The notes: generated from the sequence alone by a model not told the origin. Positions 45,553 to 55,421 are shown, counted from the stretch's first letter. The stretch: DNA of 64,000 nt from Lachnospiraceae bacterium (GCA_040772665.1 JAXGXT010000003.1:204085-268084), one strand, 5' to 3'. Numbers and translations are program-made.

Positions 45553-46949
45553 AGCGTATAGTTATTGATTCTTCTTATCACTCAAGGCGTATTGGCCTTG
45601 TTGAAAATGGAGAGCTTATTGAGTTTATATATGAAAACAACCAAAGCGGCAGCCTTGTGGGAAACATTTACTCGGGAAGAGTTATGTCTGTTCACAAGGG
45701 TATGCAGGCTTGTTTTATTGATATAGGACATGAAAAAAACGGTTATCTTATTTTGGAAAAAGGCAGAAATCTTCAAGCCCACAGCCATATCCTTGTTCAG
45801 GTGGAAAAGGATGCACTTGGAACAAAAGGTGCTGTTTTAACTGAAAAGCTGTCTTTTCCGGGAAAGTTTATTGTGCTTATACCTAAAGATAAGGGCAACA
45901 TTGGAATTTCAAGAAAAATTGATGATGAAAATGAGAAAGAAAGAATTAAAGAGATTGCACAAAGTGTTTTGCCTAAAGGATACGGAATGATTGTGCGCAC
46001 GGAAGGTGCGGGGAAAAGTGTTACGGAGTTTAAAGAGGAAGTGGGTAAGCTTTTTGAAACTGCCGAGGATGTAATGAAAAGGGCAGAATATGCTAAGGCG
46101 CCGTCACTTCTTTACAGTGAGGAAAACACAGCAGTTAAGGCTGTTAGAGATTTATTTTCTTTTGATGTTTGTGAGGTTGTTGTAAATGATGAAAATGATT
46201 TTAATGTTATAAAATCTTTCAACAAAGAACAGGAAGAAAAAATTGTTTTTTATGACAGCCCTGTGCCGATTTTTGAAAACTATTTTATTGAAAGTCAGGT
46301 TCAGAAAATATTAAACAAAAAGGTTTGGCTTAAAAGCGGAGGTTTTCTTATTATTGAACAGACGGAGGCCTGTGTTGTTATTGATGTTAACACAGGAAAG
46401 TTTACAGGCAAGAGGGACTTTCAAGAAACTGTTTTTAAAATCAATCATGAAGCGGCCAAAGAAATCGCCAAACAATTAAGGCTTAGAAATTTAAGCGGAA
46501 TGATTATTATTGATTTTATTGATATGAAAGACGAAGAAAAGCGTCAGGAGCTTAGAAATATTATTGAAAAGGACGTTAAAAAAGACAGAATTAAAACAAC
46601 TGTTGTGGGAATGACAGAGCTTGGGCTTATGCAGTTAACAAGAAAAAAGACAAATCTTCCTCTTTGGGCAAAAATGTCTGAAAAGTGTCAATGCTGTAAG
46701 GGAAACGGAAGAGTTGAAAGTTATGTATATATAAGTGATAAAATAAGGAGAGAAGTTATTTCTGTTTTTTCTCAAACGGTTTTTAACCAAATTACAATTT
46801 TATCGGACAAAAAGGTTTTAAAGGCTTTTGCAGGAGAAAAAAATGAAAACCTTAAAGAAATTGAAGAAAGGTTTTCAAAGAAAATAATTTTAAAGGAAAT
46901 TGAAACAGCGGCTCATGGATATTATGAAATTGAAAGAAAAAGCGTTTAA
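45549..46949 (+). CDS. rng: Ribonuclease E/G family protein (RNase G-like)
   Basis: S1-like N-terminus (GNIY.GRV), catalytic VIDVNTGKF motif and a CxxCxGxG zinc link. Confidence 0.88.
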   Translation: MKRIVIDSSYHSRRIGLVENGELIEFIYENNQSGSLVGNIYSGRVMSVHKGMQACFIDIGHEKNGYLILEKGRNLQAHSHILVQVEKDALGTKGAVLTEKLSFPGKFIVLIPKDKGNIGISRKIDDENEKERIKEIAQSVLPKGYGMIVRTEGAGKSVTEFKEEVGKLFETAEDVMKRAEYAKAPSLLYSEENTAVKAVRDLFSFDVCEVVVNDENDFNVIKSFNKEQEEKIVFYDSPVPIFENYFIESQVQKILNKKVWLKSGGFLIIEQTEACVVIDVNTGKFTGKRDFQETVFKINHEAAKEIAKQLRLRNLSGMIIIDFIDMKDEEKRQELRNIIEKDVKKDRIKTTVVGMTELGLMQLTRKKTNLPLWAKMSEKCQCCKGNGRVESYVYISDKIRREVISVFSQTVFNQITILSDKKVLKAFAGEKNENLKEIEERFSKKIILKEIETAAHGYYEIERKSV

Positions 46950-47088
46950 TAAAACCATGAATTTACCACTGTTTTAAGGTGTTGATTGCTTGACTTTTAT
47001 ATTCTCATATGATACAAATATTTAGATAGGGACTATTAAAAACCAAGCATATTTTATAGATTTTATTAGGTTATGAGGGGGCACACAA

Positions 47089-48129
47089 ATGGGTCTTGAT
47101 TATAAAAGTTCGGGAGTTGACGTTGAAAGCGGATATCGTGCTGTTGAGCTTATGGGAAAGCATGTTAAAAGTACTTTCAGAAAAGAAGTAATGGCGGATA
47201 TCGGCGGTTTCGGCGGTATGTTTGATATTGGAATGATGGGGCTTAAAGAGCCTGTGCTTATAAGCGGAACCGACGGAGTGGGAACAAAGCTTAAGCTTGC
47301 TTTTGTGCAGGATAAACACGACACTGTGGGAATTGACTGTGTTGCAATGTGTGTAAACGATATTATCTGCAACGGAGCACAGCCTTTGTTTTTTCTTGAC
47401 TATATTGCCTGCGGCAAAAATGTTCCCGAAAGAATTGCTGAAATAGTTAGCGGTGTTGCTGATGGATGCCGTCAAAGCGGATGTGCACTTATTGGAGGAG
47501 AAACTGCAGAAATGCCCGGATTTTATCCTGAGGATGAGTATGACATGGCAGGTTTTACTGTGGGAATTGTTGAAAAAAGTAAAATTATTAACGGAGAAAA
47601 TATTGTTGTCGGAGATGTTATTATTGGACTTTCTTCAAGCGGTATTCATTCAAACGGATATTCTCTTGTGAGAAAGGTTTTTGAGCCGATTGAAGAAACA
47701 TCAAAGGAATATATTGAAGAGCTTGGGAAAACCGTTGGTGAAGAACTTTTAACACCGACTAAAATTTATGTTAAAGAAGTGCTTAAGCTTATTAAAGAGT
47801 TTGAAGTTAAAGGCATAAGCAATATTACAGGCGGAGGCTTTATTGAAAATGTGCCTCGGTGTTTACCTAAGGGCAAAGGGTTATGTGCAACAATTAAAGA
47901 GGGAACATGGCCTGTTCTTCCTATTTTTAAAATTATGGAAGAGCGTGGCGGAATTGAAAGAATACATATGTATAACACATTTAACATGGGAATAGGAATG
48001 ATTTTGGTTGCTGACAAAGAAAATGCCCAGGGTATTTTAAAGGCTGTTAAAGAAACAGGTGAAGAAGCTTATATTATAGGCGAGATTACGGAAAACTTTG
48101 ACAAAGAGGTGGAAATATGCTTAGAATAG
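47089..48129 (+). CDS. purM: Phosphoribosylformylglycinamidine cyclo-ligase
   Basis: YKSSGVD..., DGVGTK and GGETAEMPG motifs. Confidence 0.96.
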   Translation: MGLDYKSSGVDVESGYRAVELMGKHVKSTFRKEVMADIGGFGGMFDIGMMGLKEPVLISGTDGVGTKLKLAFVQDKHDTVGIDCVAMCVNDIICNGAQPLFFLDYIACGKNVPERIAEIVSGVADGCRQSGCALIGGETAEMPGFYPEDEYDMAGFTVGIVEKSKIINGENIVVGDVIIGLSSSGIHSNGYSLVRKVFEPIEETSKEYIEELGKTVGEELLTPTKIYVKEVLKLIKEFEVKGISNITGGGFIENVPRCLPKGKGLCATIKEGTWPVLPIFKIMEERGGIERIHMYNTFNMGIGMILVADKENAQGILKAVKETGEEAYIIGEITENFDKEVEICLE

Positions 48130-48743
48130 GGGTTTTGGTCAGCGGCGGCGGCACAAACCTTCAGGCTATAATCGACAGCATTGAAAAAGGAACAATTAAG
48201 GATGCACAAATTGTTACTGTTGTAAGCAGCAAAGACGGGGTATATGCCCTTGAAAGATGCAAAAAACATGGAATTGACAGTGCTTGTATTAAAAGAAAGT
48301 TTTTTAACTCGGACGAAGAATATATGAGAGCCATAGGTGAGTGGCTTGAGGCTTTTAATGTGGATTTAGTGGTTTTGGCAGGGTTTATGGTTGTTATTGG
48401 AAAGGATCTTTTAGACAGATTTCCAAACAAGATTATAAACATCCATCCCTCACTTATTCCTTCTTTTTGCGGGGATGGTTTTTATGGCATAAAGGTTCAT
48501 GAAGAGGCCCTTAAAAAAGGTGTAAAGGTTACAGGCGCAACTGTTCATTTTGTTAACGAAATTACAGACGGCGGTCCTATTATTTTACAAAAGGCTGTTT
48601 ACATAAATGATGACGATACTGCACAAACATTACAAAAGCGAGTTATGGAAGAGGCAGAGTGGGTTATTTTACCTGAGGCCATAAATCTTATAAGTCAGGA
48701 AAAGATAGAAATTTTTGACGGCAAAGTCAGGAGGAAAAGCTAA
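48117..48743 (+). CDS. purN: Phosphoribosylglycinamide formyltransferase
   Basis: [16 protein letters not shown] and NIHPSLIP motifs. Confidence 0.95.
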   Translation: MLRIGVLVSGGGTNLQAIIDSIEKGTIKDAQIVTVVSSKDGVYALERCKKHGIDSACIKRKFFNSDEEYMRAIGEWLEAFNVDLVVLAGFMVVIGKDLLDRFPNKIINIHPSLIPSFCGDGFYGIKVHEEALKKGVKVTGATVHFVNEITDGGPIILQKAVYINDDDTAQTLQKRVMEEAEWVILPEAINLISQEKIEIFDGKVRRKS

Positions 48744-50002
48744 TGAAAATATTAGTTGTCGGCGGCGGCGGAAGAGAACATGCTATTGTTTGGAAGCTTA
48801 GCCAAAGCCCAAAAATAGAAAAAGTTTATTGCGCCCCCGGAAATGCGGGAATTGCAGAATATGCCCAATGTGTTGACATTGGTGTTATGGAATTTCAAAG
48901 GCTTATTGATTTTGCAAAAGAAAAGGAAATTGATTTTACAATTATAGGAATGGACGACCCTCTTGTCGGAGGAGTTGTTGATGCTTTTGAAGAACAGGGG
49001 CTTAAGGTTTTCGGGCCAAGAAAAAATGCGGCAATAATTGAGGGAAGCAAGGCTTTTTCTAAAGATTTAATGAAAAAATATAACATACCCACAGCAGGAT
49101 ATGAAGTTTTTGAAGACTATAACAAAGCAAAGGAATATTTGCTTACGCAAAAAATGCCGATTGTTATTAAGGCAGACGGTCTTGCCTTAGGCAAAGGTGT
49201 GCTTATTTGCAGCACCTTAGAAGAAGCCTTAAACGGGCTTAATGAAATAATGGTTGATAAAAAGTTCGGTGAAAGTGGAAACAAGGTTGTTATTGAGGAA
49301 TTTATTGAAGGGCCTGAGGTCAGCGTACTTTCTTTTTGCGATGGAAAGACTGTTGTGCCTATGGTGAGCGCCCAAGACCACAAAAGAGCCCTTGACGGAG
49401 ATAAGGGACTTAACACAGGCGGCATGGGAACTTTTTCTCCAAGCAGGATTTATACGAAAGAGCTTGCTAAGGAATGTATGGAGAAAATTTTTATTCCTTC
49501 TTTACAGGCAATGGCAAGTGAAGGCAGAGATTTCACAGGAATATTATACTTTGGGCTTATGATTACTAAAGACGGGCCGAAGGTAATAGAATATAATGCA
49601 AGGTTTGGCGACCCTGAAACGCAAGTTATTCTTCCAAGGCTTAAAACCGATTTAATTGAAATTATGGAGGCTTGTGTTAAAGGAGAGCTTGATAAAATTG
49701 ACATAGAATGGTTTGACAATGCGGCTGTGTGTGTTGTTGAGGCCAGCGGCGGATATCCTGAGGACTACGAAAAGGGATTTGCCATAACAGGGCTTGAAGA
49801 AATTAAAAAAAGAAATGACATTATTGTTTTCCATGCAGGAACAAAGATAAAAGACGGAAAAGTTGTTACAAACGGGGGACGTGTTCTTGGTGTAACCGGC
49901 GTTGGGAAAAACCTTGAAGAAGCTATTAAAATTGCTTATGAGGGTGTTTGTGTTGTGGATTTTGAGAAAAAGCATTTCAGACATGACATTGGTGTGAAGT
50001 GA
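48743..50002 (+). CDS. purD: Phosphoribosylamine-glycine ligase
   Basis: [15 protein letters not shown]-terminus and an ATP-grasp domain. Confidence 0.96.
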   Translation: MKILVVGGGGREHAIVWKLSQSPKIEKVYCAPGNAGIAEYAQCVDIGVMEFQRLIDFAKEKEIDFTIIGMDDPLVGGVVDAFEEQGLKVFGPRKNAAIIEGSKAFSKDLMKKYNIPTAGYEVFEDYNKAKEYLLTQKMPIVIKADGLALGKGVLICSTLEEALNGLNEIMVDKKFGESGNKVVIEEFIEGPEVSVLSFCDGKTVVPMVSAQDHKRALDGDKGLNTGGMGTFSPSRIYTKELAKECMEKIFIPSLQAMASEGRDFTGILYFGLMITKDGPKVIEYNARFGDPETQVILPRLKTDLIEIMEACVKGELDKIDIEWFDNAAVCVVEASGGYPEDYEKGFAITGLEEIKKRNDIIVFHAGTKIKDGKVVTNGGRVLGVTGVGKNLEEAIKIAYEGVCVVDFEKKHFRHDIGVK

Positions 50003-50077
50003 TATTTTTTTAAGAAACAAAAAGCATTATGCCTTATGGTGTAGTGCTTTTTGGAATATAGATAGGGATTGGTTGCA

Positions 50078-50665
50078 ATGGCAGAAAATACGAAATTTCA
50101 AAAACAAATGGAGTTTTTGCTTGAACTTGATAAAATAAAGCAAATTTATAGACAGACATATATTTCAGACAAAAGCAGAAAAGAAAATGATGCCGAACAT
50201 TCATGGCACACTTGTGTTATGGCTGCTGTTTTGGCAGAATATTTTCCCAAGGCGGATTTGCTTAAGACTATTAAAATGATGCTTTTTCATGATGTAATTG
50301 AAATTTATGCAGGAGATACATATTGTTACGACAGTGAGGGAAACCACGACAAAGAGGAACGTGAAAAGGAAGCCGCAAAAAGAATTTACGGAATTTTACC
50401 CAAGGGGCAAAAAGAAGAATTTATTTCGCTTTGGCAAGAGTTTGAAGAGGGGGAAAGCGAAGAAGCCAGGTTTTCCGCTGTTTTAGACAGGCTCCAGCCC
50501 ACAATGCTTAATGATGCCACGGAAGGAATTAGCTGGATCGAGCACAGCATTAAAAAAGAGCAGGTTTTAAAAAGAAACGAAATTCTCTTTAAAACTCATA
50601 AGGTTATTGGTGAGTATGCCAAAGACATTATTAACACAGGGCATTTAAAGGGATATTTAAGATAG
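50078..50665 (+). CDS. HD-domain phosphohydrolase (YfbR-like 5'-nucleotidase family)
   Basis: ENDAEHSWH and HD.IE motifs. Confidence 0.8.
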   Translation: MAENTKFQKQMEFLLELDKIKQIYRQTYISDKSRKENDAEHSWHTCVMAAVLAEYFPKADLLKTIKMMLFHDVIEIYAGDTYCYDSEGNHDKEEREKEAAKRIYGILPKGQKEEFISLWQEFEEGESEEARFSAVLDRLQPTMLNDATEGISWIEHSIKKEQVLKRNEILFKTHKVIGEYAKDIINTGHLKGYLR

Positions 50666-50681
50666 TTTAAAAAACAAAAAT

Positions 50682-50696
50682 ATATGCACTGCATAT
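50682..50696. promoter_or_regulatory. 7-1-7 palindrome ATATGCAcTGCATAT upstream of the hydrogenase module, a candidate operator
   Basis: Exact inverted repeat read directly, followed immediately by TTGACT. Confidence 0.35.
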
Positions 50697-50781
50697 TTGA
50701 CTGTGTTTCATAAAGAAATAAAAAACAAAGCCATTGTTTTTTATGGAACCTATTACCCCAAAAAAGAGAGGAGAAATTAAA

Positions 50782-51021
50782 ATGGAAATTCAAGTTTGTA
50801 TTGGAAGCGTGTGCCATCTTAAAGGGTCTTATGAAATTATTAATAAATTGGAGAATTATGTAGCAGATAACAGTTTAAATGAAAAAGTGAAAATTAAAGC
50901 CGCATTTTGTCTTGGAGATTGCGTCAGAGCTGTTTGTGTTAAAGTGGATGAAGAAATTTATTCCGTTCAGCCTGACACTGTAGATGAATTTTTTGACGGT
51001 GTGGTTATGAAGAAGGTGTGA
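50782..51021 (+). CDS. Thioredoxin-like [2Fe-2S] ferredoxin (NuoE/HndA-like small protein)
   Basis: 79 aa with four Cys: C..GS.C...G and C.G.C. GAGAGGAG RBS before ATG 50782. Confidence 0.7.
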   Translation: MEIQVCIGSVCHLKGSYEIINKLENYVADNSLNEKVKIKAAFCLGDCVRAVCVKVDEEIYSVQPDTVDEFFDGVVMKKV

Positions 51022-51024
51022 TGA

Positions 51025-52746
51025 TTGAAGTTATTTAATTTTACTGCTCCAAGTTGTAAAAACTGCAATAAATGTGTTAGGGAGTGTCCTGTAAACGCCA
51101 TTAGGTTTAAAGATAAGATAGCTGAAATTGATGAGGAAAAGTGCATTGCCTGCGGGCATTGTTTTGTTACGTGTCCAAAAAGTGCAAGAAATGTTGAAAA
51201 CGAGGTTGAAATTGTAAGCAAAATGCTGGAAAGTGACAGGAAGGTTATTGCCTGTATTGATTCTGCATATATAGGAACATTTATAGTTCCGGGTCAGTAT
51301 GTGGCGGCGCTTAGAAAACTTGGTTTTGACAGCATTGAGGAATGTGCTGCAGGAAGTGAGCAGACCACGGTTGAATATATAAAATATATTAAGGAAAATG
51401 TAAAGAAACAGAAATATTTTATTTCCAGTGCATGTCCTTCTATTTATCTTTTTATACAAAAATACCACCCTCAGCTTGTTAAATATCTTATACCTGTTGT
51501 GACACCTATGCTTGCTCTTGGCAAGGGTATAAAACAACTTGACCCGTCTGCCTATACTGTGTATATCGGCCCATGTTTAAGCAAGAAATATGAAACACTG
51601 CCCAAAGCAGATTCAAACCCTATTAACTCGCTTATTACATGTCAGGAAATTATAAGAATGTTCAAAAAGAAGAGGATTGATTTTGAAAGTCTTGAACCTG
51701 AAATTCCTGACAGGGTTGCTCAAAGCACAGGAACAAGTTACTCAATTTCCGGGGATATGTGGCCCCAGATAAGTGAAATACTTGAGGCTAACAATTATGA
51801 TATTTTAAGGGTTAACGGACTTGATAATGTTAAACAGCTTTTTCAAAGCATGGAAAATGAAACCCTTGACGATTGTTACATAGGTCTTTCGGCATGTTCT
51901 GAAAGCTGTATAAACGGGCCTTTTATACCAAAAGAAAGCAGAGATTTATTTTGCAGAAGGCAAAAAATCAGGCAATTTGCCGCAAATCACGGTTGGGGGG
52001 TTCAAAGCACTGTGCCCCCTATTGACTGGAGCAAGGTTGATATGAAGTGTGAGTTTGAGCCTATTGATGTTCCAAGGGTTGTTGCAACATCTGAAGAAAT
52101 TAAGGAAATTCTTAAAAAAATGGGCAGACACACAAGGGCTGATGAATATGATTGCGGAGCCTGCGGATATAACACATGCCGTGAAAAGGCACAGGCAGTT
52201 TTTGAGGGACTTGCAGAGGTTGAAATGTGTTGGCCGAACCTTAGACAAAAGGCAGAAAGAAAAGGCGACACAATTTTTATTAATTCAAGGAATATGATTA
52301 TACTTATTAATAAGGATTTAAGCATAGTTGAGATTAACCCTGCGGCAGAGGCTCGTTTTAATGTTAAAAGCGATGATGTTAAGGGAAAGCATGTAAGCGA
52401 ACTTCACGTGCCTTATGAGGATTATGCACGTGCTTTCACAATTAAAAAAGATATAATGAACAAAAAGATAAATCTTGATAAATACGGAATGGTTGCGTTG
52501 CAAAACATAATTTATATTAAAGGCGAAGATGAACTTTATATTTCCATACAAGATATTACGGAAGAAGAAAAACGTAAAGAAGAGCTTGCAAGCCTTAAGC
52601 TTAAAACAGTTGACATAGCACAAAATGTTATTGAAAAGCAGATGAGAGTGGCGCAGGAAATTGCCAGTCTTTTAGGGGAAACAACGGCTGAAACCAAGGT
52701 GGCTCTTAATAAACTTAAAGATGTTGTGCTTAAAGAAGGTGAATGA
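51025..52746 (+). CDS. hydS: Putative sensory [FeFe]-hydrogenase (HydS-like, group C) with a C-terminal PAS domain
   Basis: Two N-terminal CxxCxxCxxxCP motifs. H-cluster motif variants SSACPS, GPCLSKKYE and LSACSESCINGP. A Cx2Cx4Cx16C motif, then a PAS-like segment and a coiled coil. TTG start, coupled to the upstream gene. Confidence 0.8.
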   Translation: MKLFNFTAPSCKNCNKCVRECPVNAIRFKDKIAEIDEEKCIACGHCFVTCPKSARNVENEVEIVSKMLESDRKVIACIDSAYIGTFIVPGQYVAALRKLGFDSIEECAAGSEQTTVEYIKYIKENVKKQKYFISSACPSIYLFIQKYHPQLVKYLIPVVTPMLALGKGIKQLDPSAYTVYIGPCLSKKYETLPKADSNPINSLITCQEIIRMFKKKRIDFESLEPEIPDRVAQSTGTSYSISGDMWPQISEILEANNYDILRVNGLDNVKQLFQSMENETLDDCYIGLSACSESCINGPFIPKESRDLFCRRQKIRQFAANHGWGVQSTVPPIDWSKVDMKCEFEPIDVPRVVATSEEIKEILKKMGRHTRADEYDCGACGYNTCREKAQAVFEGLAEVEMCWPNLRQKAERKGDTIFINSRNMIILINKDLSIVEINPAAEARFNVKSDDVKGKHVSELHVPYEDYARAFTIKKDIMNKKINLDKYGMVALQNIIYIKGEDELYISIQDITEEEKRKEELASLKLKTVDIAQNVIEKQMRVAQEIASLLGETTAETKVALNKLKDVVLKEGE

Positions 52747-53921
52747 TTTTGTATTATATAGATACAGCATTTAACAGCATACATAAATACGGGGAAGAGC
52801 TTTGCGGAGATCATATTGAACAGGTTATTTTGGAAGACAGCAAAATTCTTGTTCTTGCTGACGGAATGGGCAGTGGTGTAAAGGCGAACATTCTTGCAAC
52901 TCTTACCTCAAAAATTGCGGCAACAATGCTTCGTGAGGGTTCATCCCTTGAAGAAACAATTGACACCATTGTTCACACACTGCCTATATGTTCACAAAGG
53001 CAGCTGGCATATTCTACGTTTACTATTATAAAGGTTTTTAAAGACGGTGTTGTTTATGTTGCCGAGTTTGACAACCCTTCTATATTCCTTCTTAAAAACG
53101 GAAATGATGTGCCTATAGATAAAACCAAGAAAGTTATTAACGGAAAAGTAATTTTTGAAAGCACTTTTAAAATTGACGAGGACAGTCTTCTTGTTGCTGT
53201 AAGCGACGGGGTTGTGCATGCCGGGGTTGGAAGAAGTTTAAACCTTGGTTGGCAATGGAACAATGTAAATGAATATTTAAAGGATTTTTCAAAAAATCCC
53301 GTTACCACAACAGAAGTGACAAACACTGTGCTTGAAGTATGTCAAAACCTTTATGAAAATCAGGCGGGAGATGACACAACTGTTCTTGCTGTTAAAATAA
53401 GAGAACAGGAAACCATTAATCTTTTATCGGGGCCGCCGAAAAATGCAGAGCAGGATTATGATTTTATAGAGGAGCTTTTACAGGCAGAGGGGAAGGTTGT
53501 TGTGTGCGGAGGAACAACGGCAAGTGTTGTTGCAAGAACCCTTGGGGCTGAAATTGAGGTGGATATTGATACAATGACACCTGAAATTCCGCCTGTTGCA
53601 AAAATTCCCAGAATTGAACTTGTTACGGAGGGTGTTCTTACAATAAACAAAGCTATTGAACTTATAAAGGATTATCAAAACCCCGGCTTTAACTCAAAGA
53701 TTATGGCGAAGCTTCATGAAAAAAATGCGGCAGCTATGCTTGCCAGGCTTTTAATTGAAAACTGTGACAAGCTTAACATATGGGCGGGGCAGGCGGTTAA
53801 TCCGGCACACCAAAATGATGAAAGTTTTCCCATGGATTTTAACTTCAAAATGAACCAGCTTAGAGAGCTTGGAAGGATTGTTGAAAAAATGGGCAAAGAA
53901 GTAAAAATTATGTATATATAA
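52743..53921 (+). CDS. SpoIIE/PP2C-family serine phosphatase with an extra C-terminal domain
   Basis: GEELCGDH......ADGMGSGVKA motif. ATGA overlap with hydS. Confidence 0.82.
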   Translation: MILYYIDTAFNSIHKYGEELCGDHIEQVILEDSKILVLADGMGSGVKANILATLTSKIAATMLREGSSLEETIDTIVHTLPICSQRQLAYSTFTIIKVFKDGVVYVAEFDNPSIFLLKNGNDVPIDKTKKVINGKVIFESTFKIDEDSLLVAVSDGVVHAGVGRSLNLGWQWNNVNEYLKDFSKNPVTTTEVTNTVLEVCQNLYENQAGDDTTVLAVKIREQETINLLSGPPKNAEQDYDFIEELLQAEGKVVVCGGTTASVVARTLGAEIEVDIDTMTPEIPPVAKIPRIELVTEGVLTINKAIELIKDYQNPGFNSKIMAKLHEKNAAAMLARLLIENCDKLNIWAGQAVNPAHQNDESFPMDFNFKMNQLRELGRIVEKMGKEVKIMYI

Positions 53922-53943
53922 CTACCAAACGAAGGAGAACTGT

Positions 53944-55416
53944 ATGAGAAAGTTTGAAAGCAATGTTCAGTATACAAAATATCTTGTTAATAAGGAACTG
54001 GCTAAAAGATATTTACAGGGTCAGGATCTTAACGAGGTTATTGACGACATTGTTGAAACAATAATTCCCGGCCCTAAGCCTATGACAAGATGCTGTATAT
54101 ATAAAGAGCGTCATATTATAAAAGAAAGAGCAAAGTTTATTATTAACCCTCTTGAGGGGGATAATGTGATTCATATTTTAAGAAGCGCATGTGATGAGTG
54201 CCCCATTGACAGATATGTTGTTACGGAAGCGTGCCGAGGGTGTCTTGCCCACAGATGTATTGATGTCTGCCCCAAGGATGCCATTATTTTTGTAGGCAAA
54301 AGAGCATATATTAATCAGGAGTTATGCATTGAATGCGGAAAATGCAAAGCTGTTTGCCCTTTTGGGGCAATAAGTGATGTGTTAAGACCTTGTACATGTG
54401 CATGTCATGCCGGTGCTATTATTAGTGATGAAGAAAAAAAGGCATATATTGTGGAGGAAAAATGCGTACACTGCGGGGCTTGTGTTTACAACTGTCCTTT
54501 TGGGGCGGTAATTGACAAAAGCTATGTTGTTGACGTTTTAGACTTGATTAAAAAATCTGAAAAGAACACTAAATATAAGGTGTATGCCATTGTTGCACCA
54601 GCTATAAGCAGCCAGTTTACATATGCTAAAATTGAACAGGTTATTAACGGTATAGAAAAGATAGGGTTTTACCATGCTGTTGAGGCGGCGCTTGGGGCTG
54701 ACATGGTTTCTTGCCATGAGGCGGAGGAATTTGCCAATACAATTGATGAAAGACAATGGATGACAACGTCTTGCTGTCCGGCTTTTGTTAAATATGTTCA
54801 AAGGCATTATCCGCATCTTATGAGTCATGTTTCTTCAACTGTTTCACCAATGGTTGCAATTGCCAAGATGATAAAAAGTACTGATGAAAATGCAAAAATT
54901 GTTTTTATCGGGCCTTGCACAGCGAAAAAAATGGAAATTAAAGAAGATGATTTAAAAGGTATTATTGATTTTGTGCTTACGTTTGAAGAGTTACAGGCTA
55001 TGCTTGATGCTATGGAAATTGATTTATCAATGTGTGAGGAAACACCCCTTGACAATGCCTCATATTATGGCAGGCTTTTTGCAAGAAGCGGCGGAGTTAC
55101 AGAATCTGTCAGGCAGGCAATTGAGGTTTTAGGAATTGACTGTGATTTTCAGCCTATTAAATGTGACGGTCTTGATGAGGTGGCAAAGAATCTTAAAATA
55201 GCCTCAATGGGCAAGCTTAAAGGAAACTTTATTGAGGGTATGGCCTGCAAGTTCGGATGTATTGGAGGCGCAGCATCATTAAGCCACGGGCCTAAAGATG
55301 TTACCGAGGTTGATAAATACGGGAAGCTAAGCAGGGAGGAAAACAGTGTTCAGGCAACTCGTGTTCTTGACATGAAAAACCTTCATCTTGAACGTGATTA
55401 TCCTGAGCTGAGGTAA
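53944..55416 (+). CDS. hydA: Catalytic [FeFe]-hydrogenase with multiple N-terminal 4Fe-4S domains (group B-like architecture)
   Basis: Canonical H-cluster motifs TSCCPAFV, GPCTAKKME and EGMACKFGCIGG, plus several ferredoxin Cys motifs. Confidence 0.88.
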   Translation: MRKFESNVQYTKYLVNKELAKRYLQGQDLNEVIDDIVETIIPGPKPMTRCCIYKERHIIKERAKFIINPLEGDNVIHILRSACDECPIDRYVVTEACRGCLAHRCIDVCPKDAIIFVGKRAYINQELCIECGKCKAVCPFGAISDVLRPCTCACHAGAIISDEEKKAYIVEEKCVHCGACVYNCPFGAVIDKSYVVDVLDLIKKSEKNTKYKVYAIVAPAISSQFTYAKIEQVINGIEKIGFYHAVEAALGADMVSCHEAEEFANTIDERQWMTTSCCPAFVKYVQRHYPHLMSHVSSTVSPMVAIAKMIKSTDENAKIVFIGPCTAKKMEIKEDDLKGIIDFVLTFEELQAMLDAMEIDLSMCEETPLDNASYYGRLFARSGGVTESVRQAIEVLGIDCDFQPIKCDGLDEVAKNLKIASMGKLKGNFIEGMACKFGCIGGAASLSHGPKDVTEVDKYGKLSREENSVQATRVLDMKNLHLERDYPELR

Positions 55417-55421
55417 ACAAT

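Noticed and set aside
46950-47088. I looked for a purine or ZTP riboswitch, or a PurR box, upstream of purM-purN-purD.
   Set aside because: The conserved cores I remember for the guanine/adenine aptamer, the pfl/ZTP motif and the CCGAAC-type Pur box are all absent. Only a promoter-like TTGACT element is visible.
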